Positions 32,579 to 36,294 of a stretch of DNA of 36,294 bases are shown piece after piece (the first letter of the stretch is position 1; every line of letters begins with the position of its first letter). The notes under the pieces were generated by a model. The model saw nothing but the letters and a program-made list of their open reading frames with translations, was not told the DNA's origin and searched no databases. Both the position numbers and the translations under genes were made by a program. Origin of the DNA: Patescibacteria group bacterium (GTDB lineage Bacteria; Patescibacteriota; Minisyncoccia; Phycocordibacterales; UBA918); contig WFTF01000031.1 in assembly GCA_015485575.1 (NCBI GenBank), positions 1 to 36,294 on the forward strand. Reading direction: 5' to 3'.

Positions 32579-33694
32579 CTAGGACACTAATTTTTTATGC
32601 AGTTGCAGTAACATGGCACCCAGGGTCGCGCTACAGAGTGCGATTACAAGCAAAGCACCCAGTACAGGTATTGCTAAAATACTCAGAAGCAGCAAGGTCC
32701 CCACTATCACGGTAGATAAACTCACCGTAGCATCCTTGCGAAATACGCGCAGAAGAAAGACGCCGGATATCATTGCCGCATATGCGAAACTCAGGAGATA
32801 CAGCGCGAACAGCAGTGCAAAAACAGCCAACCCCAACCAAAAGCCCAACACCGTAATCATTAACAGAACAGACACAAACGGGCCGAAGAAAAGTACGGCT
32901 AGTCCAAGTGCGATACTCTTGCCTGAATGTCTCTCCAACATGGAAATGACACTCACGGTAAAACGGCGGCTTACCATATAGAGTACCAAAGTGGTAAACA
33001 ACATCACAAAAATCGGAGTTAAAATCTGCCGATACAGTTCTTTTTGTGAAATGGGTTCGGTCTGCTGCTTGGTAATTTCTCCTTCAACAATAGCCTGAGG
33101 GCTGCGCGATAACTCGGTCAAACTGGTATACCGTATATTTCCGGATACTCGCGCATCTTCGGTGAGAACCATACCCGCAGCTGCGGTTACCACCACATCT
33201 TTTGCAACCAAGCCACCGATAGTCAAATACTCCATCTTTCCATATACAGATCCGGCGACCTCACCCTCAATGGTAACCGACCCTCCAAATACAAAGACAT
33301 CACCCGCCACCGTTGCAGTGGACAAAATACGTACCTCACCTCCAAATATAAAGACATCACCTCCGACACTATCAGCAATCGTTACTTCCCCACCTACAAT
33401 GCGGACATCATCTCCCACAGGAGCATGTATCTGAGCGGTGCCGGCAAGAATGGAAACGTCTGTCCCCACCTCACCGTTCACCGTTACAGACGCACCCAGT
33501 GCGTACATATCTTGTGCAACAGAACCGGACATGACCGTTGTACCAAACGGCCCCACCGACACATAGTAATCTCCGGCAACCAACTGATCAGCATCCACCG
33601 ACACATCGTTGCCACTGCGCAAGACTGTTTCAGCGTACACACCTACAGGGAGAGTGACTGCCAGCAAGGTACTTAGTGCGATAATGTATTTCAT
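32579..33694 (-). CDS. exported bactofilin-like beta-helix repeat protein with a polytopic C-terminal membrane domain
   Basis: I placed the start at MKYIIALSTLLAVTLPVGVYA/ETV (33694), which removes the overlap with the upstream gene. Repeats include VGDDVRIVGGEVTI, VGGDVFIFGGEVRI and VAGDVFVFGGSVTIEGEV. About five TM helices follow. Confidence 0.8.
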   Translation of the reverse strand: MKYIIALSTLLAVTLPVGVYAETVLRSGNDVSVDADQLVAGDYYVSVGPFGTTVMSGSVAQDMYALGASVTVNGEVGTDVSILAGTAQIHAPVGDDVRIVGGEVTIADSVGGDVFIFGGEVRILSTATVAGDVFVFGGSVTIEGEVAGSVYGKMEYLTIGGLVAKDVVVTAAAGMVLTEDARVSGNIRYTSLTELSRSPQAIVEGEITKQQTEPISQKELYRQILTPIFVMLFTTLVLYMVSRRFTVSVISMLERHSGKSIALGLAVLFFGPFVSVLLMITVLGFWLGLAVFALLFALYLLSFAYAAMISGVFLLRVFRKDATVSLSTVIVGTLLLLSILAIPVLGALLVIALCSATLGAMLLQLHKKLVS

Positions 33695-33704
33695 AGTGAT
33701 AGTG

Positions 33705-34451
33705 TTAGGCTTGTGAATTTGAGGAATGGTGCGCATGCTCTTCCATAACCGCAGCAATTGCCTCCTCTTCTTTTTGTCGTTTTTCCTCTTCTTTTTGTAT
33801 GGTCGATTGTGCAATGTTTTGTTTCTCGTGCAAGTTCATAAGAGAAAAAGTAATCATTGCCGCCAATAGAATACCAAGGAAATTCAACAAAAGCATGTTA
33901 AATGATCCTGCAATAACAGTCATATCAAACATGGCAATACCCGCACCGAGTACCGCAAGCGGTGGAATCAATGCGACAGAGATGGCAATTCCCGGCAAGG
34001 TCTCACTCCACTCGGGCTGTGCAAGGGCAAATGACACCGCCGCTCCCGCTATAAAGGCGACAAAAAAATATATGGGAGAAGGATCTAAGCGTATGAGCAT
34101 CTGATTGGTCACAAAGCCATCTCCAAACAAGAGAGTTGCCAGTATTGCCAATACCAATCCAATGGTAACCGACTTGGTCAATGTAACAGTGGAGCGACGC
34201 AATACCTTTGCGTTTGACATAACCAAACCTAGGGCGATTCCCAAAATGGGATATAAAATGGGAGCAATGAGCATACTTCCGATCACCACAGAAGGGCTGT
34301 CAGCAAGCAACCCGAGTGTCGCCATAAGTACGGACAGGCCTATTAAGTAGAAAAAGTCAAAATTTGGTGTACTGCTCTGCATCAGCTTGCGTACCACCGC
34401 AGCTTTATCTTTCTCTTCAATAGCGCGAAAACGTGCGAAAAAGGAAGGCAT
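33705..34451 (-). CDS. DUF389-family hydrophobic membrane protein
   Basis: VVIGSMLIAPILYPILGIALGLVMSNAKVLRRS matches the DUF389/TIGR00341 core as I recall it. It has multiple TM helices and an acidic/basic C-tail. Confidence 0.75.
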   Translation of the reverse strand: MPSFFARFRAIEEKDKAAVVRKLMQSSTPNFDFFYLIGLSVLMATLGLLADSPSVVIGSMLIAPILYPILGIALGLVMSNAKVLRRSTVTLTKSVTIGLVLAILATLLFGDGFVTNQMLIRLDPSPIYFFVAFIAGAAVSFALAQPEWSETLPGIAISVALIPPLAVLGAGIAMFDMTVIAGSFNMLLLNFLGILLAAMITFSLMNLHEKQNIAQSTIQKEEEKRQKEEEAIAAVMEEHAHHSSNSQA

Positions 34452-34466
34452 ACCAAGAAATTATAC

Positions 34467-34631
34467 TCACCCAAACAGTATACCCGAGGTATGGTCAGCT
34501 TGTACAGCCGGTTTCAGATCTTCTTCCTGGCGCAGGGTCTGCTGTAGCGTATACCAGACAAAGACAGTTGCAAGTAGTGCCCCAAGCAACAATGCTATGC
34601 TAAGCAGTATGTATTTAGTAAGAGGCTTCAT
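34467..34631 (-). CDS. candidate 54-aa single-pass membrane protein
   Basis: MKPLTKYILLSIALLLGALLATVFVWYTLQQTLRQEEDLK... I prefer this short version of ORF 34467-34772, because the long form's N-terminus is Cys/Trp/Arg-rich and overlaps a better small ORF. Confidence 0.4.
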   Translation of the reverse strand: MKPLTKYILLSIALLLGALLATVFVWYTLQQTLRQEEDLKPAVQADHTSGILFG

Positions 34632-34632
34632 A

Positions 34633-34803
34633 CTATACGCGAGTATAGGTGATCGGACTTTGCAAGAGCAAGGCAAGCAATACCCCCAGTAAAATAATAA
34701 ACGCCATCGCAGAAAAGAGCACCACCCGCGGTCGCGACAGCTCCAGCTCACCGGTATACCAGTTGCGCACATACAGAAATGAGAAAATAAAACGAAGCAG
34801 CAT
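34633..34803 (-). CDS. candidate 56-aa membrane protein (below the ORF-track cutoff)
   Basis: The reverse strand reads MLLRFIFSFLYVRNWYTGELELSRPRVVLFSAMAFIILLGVLLALLLQSPITYTRV. The ATG lies 5 nt after the upstream stop. Its TAG is followed by a single T and then the next ATG (TAGTATG). Confidence 0.35.
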   Translation of the reverse strand: MLLRFIFSFLYVRNWYTGELELSRPRVVLFSAMAFIILLGVLLALLLQSPITYTRV

Positions 34804-34808
34804 ATCTT

Positions 34809-35096
34809 TTATCCAAGTTTCTTATAAAGTGTACCAGTTAATAGAAGTGTCAGAACGCCAAGACTCAGTAATCGTAACGGGTGATCCATAAAAAACGCTA
34901 TGCGCAGCAGAAACTGCTCCAACCCCAGAAAGGTGGCGGTCACCCCAAATGTCACCAGCATGAGAAACAGCACGGGAAACCTCTCAAAGACCGATCGACG
35001 TACCGGCTCCACTATTGCCTCAACTCCTGAGCCGATTTTCTGTGTTTTTTCTTCTAACATTTCCAATACCTCACTTGACTTTTTCTGTTTGGACAT
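34809..35096 (-). CDS. small two-TM membrane protein (95 aa)
   Basis: A polar N-terminus is followed by FPVLFLMLVTFGVTATFLGL and LRLLSLGVLTLLLTGTL. No recognisable family. Confidence 0.6.
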   Translation of the reverse strand: MSKQKKSSEVLEMLEEKTQKIGSGVEAIVEPVRRSVFERFPVLFLMLVTFGVTATFLGLEQFLLRIAFFMDHPLRLLSLGVLTLLLTGTLYKKLG

Positions 35097-35113
35097 ATCA
35101 TTATTGGATTACA

Positions 35114-36121
35114 TTACTCTTGAAATAATAATCTACCCCTATCCCACATGGAGCTGTCCCCTTGCTGTTTGAGCCAATACCACCACTCAGCTCCCCACAG
35201 ATACTGTTTATCGTATCGTGTCTTTTGGGCGTAGGAAATAATCTCCTCAAACTTTTGCAAATCCATACGGGAGTACTGGGTTTCCAAATCAACATCCGTA
35301 ATAGGTTCCAGCAGCCATGGTTCAGCCGACAACTCAATCAATATAGTTTCTTTCTTCCCATACAATAACGTCATAACACCCTCTTTCAACATATAAAACC
35401 ATGGTGGCAGTATGGTTTTAAATTGCCCCAACTCCGGATTCCAAAAATATACATAGACGCTGGTACCAAACGCATCGCCACTTTTGTAGGCGCCCGCCCA
35501 GGTGCCTAAATTACCACTGTCGGTTACCAATAGAGGTCGCGTATCATCAAGCTCACGTACATACGCCACTTCTTTTTCAAAAAAGGACCGATCAAATTCT
35601 CCACACTGTTCCTTTGCAAACACCTCCAAGAACGGTTCGTTTTCCACCTGCCAATACGTTATATTCTCTTTCTCTTTGTAACGATTAACAACTACAGTCA
35701 TGTATTCCAAAATCTGTTCTTGCTGTTCTTCCCAGGTTAATTTCTGTGCCCACTGTGGCACATGACACTCCGGCCAACGTGGCAAACGTCTGCCAACCGC
35801 TAAAATAACCTCTGCCCCAACTTCCTGTGCTTTTGCTATTTGATAATCAAGTTCTTCAAAATTGTACACATCGTCAATGGGTTCAACCATGGGCCAGTGT
35901 GCAGCCAGACGCAGTTGTCGCACACCCAAGTCTTCCAGAAGAGCATCATAGGTTTCCTTCCAGTCCAAACCCAGCTCCCGCGCATAGAGCGTATTGAACG
36001 ACATGCCGTAGATTATGTGTTCCGGTTTCGGTTTATACGCTATGACACCCACCAACATTGCCAGTACCAAAACCGCACTTAGTGTGACTAGCAACCATTT
36101 TTTACGCAAGTACCGTTTCAT
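35114..36121 (-). CDS. membrane-anchored clan GH-A (TIM-barrel) glycoside hydrolase
   Basis: The N-terminal TM is WLLVTLSAVLVLAMLVGVIAY. WQVENEP is the acid/base NEP motif, and ILIELSAEPW is a candidate nucleophile Glu. The family (GH5/GH42-like) cannot be resolved by eye. Confidence 0.78.
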   Translation of the reverse strand: MKRYLRKKWLLVTLSAVLVLAMLVGVIAYKPKPEHIIYGMSFNTLYARELGLDWKETYDALLEDLGVRQLRLAAHWPMVEPIDDVYNFEELDYQIAKAQEVGAEVILAVGRRLPRWPECHVPQWAQKLTWEEQQEQILEYMTVVVNRYKEKENITYWQVENEPFLEVFAKEQCGEFDRSFFEKEVAYVRELDDTRPLLVTDSGNLGTWAGAYKSGDAFGTSVYVYFWNPELGQFKTILPPWFYMLKEGVMTLLYGKKETILIELSAEPWLLEPITDVDLETQYSRMDLQKFEEIISYAQKTRYDKQYLWGAEWWYWLKQQGDSSMWDRGRLLFQE

Positions 36122-36124
36122 ACA

Positions 36125-36294
36125 CTACACAAACAACATCACAAACCCGATGGAAATAACACTTACATAGAGAACTTTCCTCAAAATAATTTGTGTGTTC
36201 CACTGATTTTCACCTGCGGTTTGCGGAAGAAAGCGTCCAAATGCAATACTCAATATGATAATGAACACATACTTTAACCCATCCAGTGCCTGCA
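36125..36294 (-). CDS. C-terminal fragment of a membrane protein entering from the right edge
   Basis: An open reverse-strand frame runs from the window edge: ...QALDGLKYVFIIILSIAFGRFLPQTAGENQWNTQIILRKVLYVSVISIGFVMLFV, ending in TAG. The stop lies 3 nt before the glycosidase ATG. It is absent from the ORF track because no start lies in the window. Confidence 0.4.
   Translation of the reverse strand, partial: QALDGLKYVFIIILSIAFGRFLPQTAGENQWNTQIILRKVLYVSVISIGFVMLFV

Noticed and set aside
34467-34772. The 101-aa version of the small membrane ORF
   Set aside because: The first 47 codons (MCATGIPVSWSCRDRGWCSFLRWRLLFYWGYCLPCSC...) look non-coding. They overlap a better-formed 56-aa ORF in another frame that is precisely coupled to its neighbours.

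Overview
This is a 36.3-kb chromosomal segment with about 45 protein genes (roughly three quarters on the reverse strand) and one tRNA. It uses the standard genetic code, with TGA as a stop. The gene content is many small membrane or secreted hypotheticals, an orphan family-5 solute-binding protein, a sortase with giant surface proteins, and a lean housekeeping set. This suggests a small-genome, possibly CPR/Patescibacteria-like bacterium, but that taxonomic guess is inference only. Recognisable genes are groES-groEL, typA/bipA, RNase J, secG, endonuclease III, a MutY-core glycosylase, an RsuA/RluB-type pseudouridine synthase, an HI0933-type flavoprotein, lemA-htpX, an MFS transporter, a HAD-IB hydrolase, PspC-domain, HIT-like and GIY-YIG proteins, a clan GH-A glycosidase and tRNA-Ser(GGA). 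The stand-out region is 175-9942. It starts with an ECF sigma factor and a membrane partner. Next is a 680-nt non-coding region with two tandem near-consensus promoters, a Shine-Dalgarno-led 10-codon ORF and a terminator. An ~8-kb reverse-strand operon follows, encoding (i) a Gly/Asp-rich secreted repeat protein, (ii) a small secreted relative, (iii) a 1193-aa surface protein, (iv) a protein with an APNTG sorting signal and (v) a sortase. Proteins i and iii clearly, and ii weakly, share a bipartite TG...TGDA-N-x2-N-x-VN-x-N module that I cannot assign to a named family. I read this as a candidate dedicated cell-surface or appendage system. Other observations are listed here. Halves of a decayed Ser-type tRNA bracket the intact tRNA-Ser. 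groES has a perfect TTGACA-N16-TATAAT promoter with CGCATG-core repeats instead of CIRCE. Several promoters sit 6-11 nt from the ATG, implying leaderless or near-leaderless mRNAs. Both HhH glycosylases have lost Fe-S cluster cysteines. RNase J has a ~100-aa poly-basic N-terminal extension. There are also several tightly coupled sub-60-aa membrane ORFs missing from the ORF track. No CRISPR array, transposase, integrase or rRNA was seen. All calls are by eye, with no database search.
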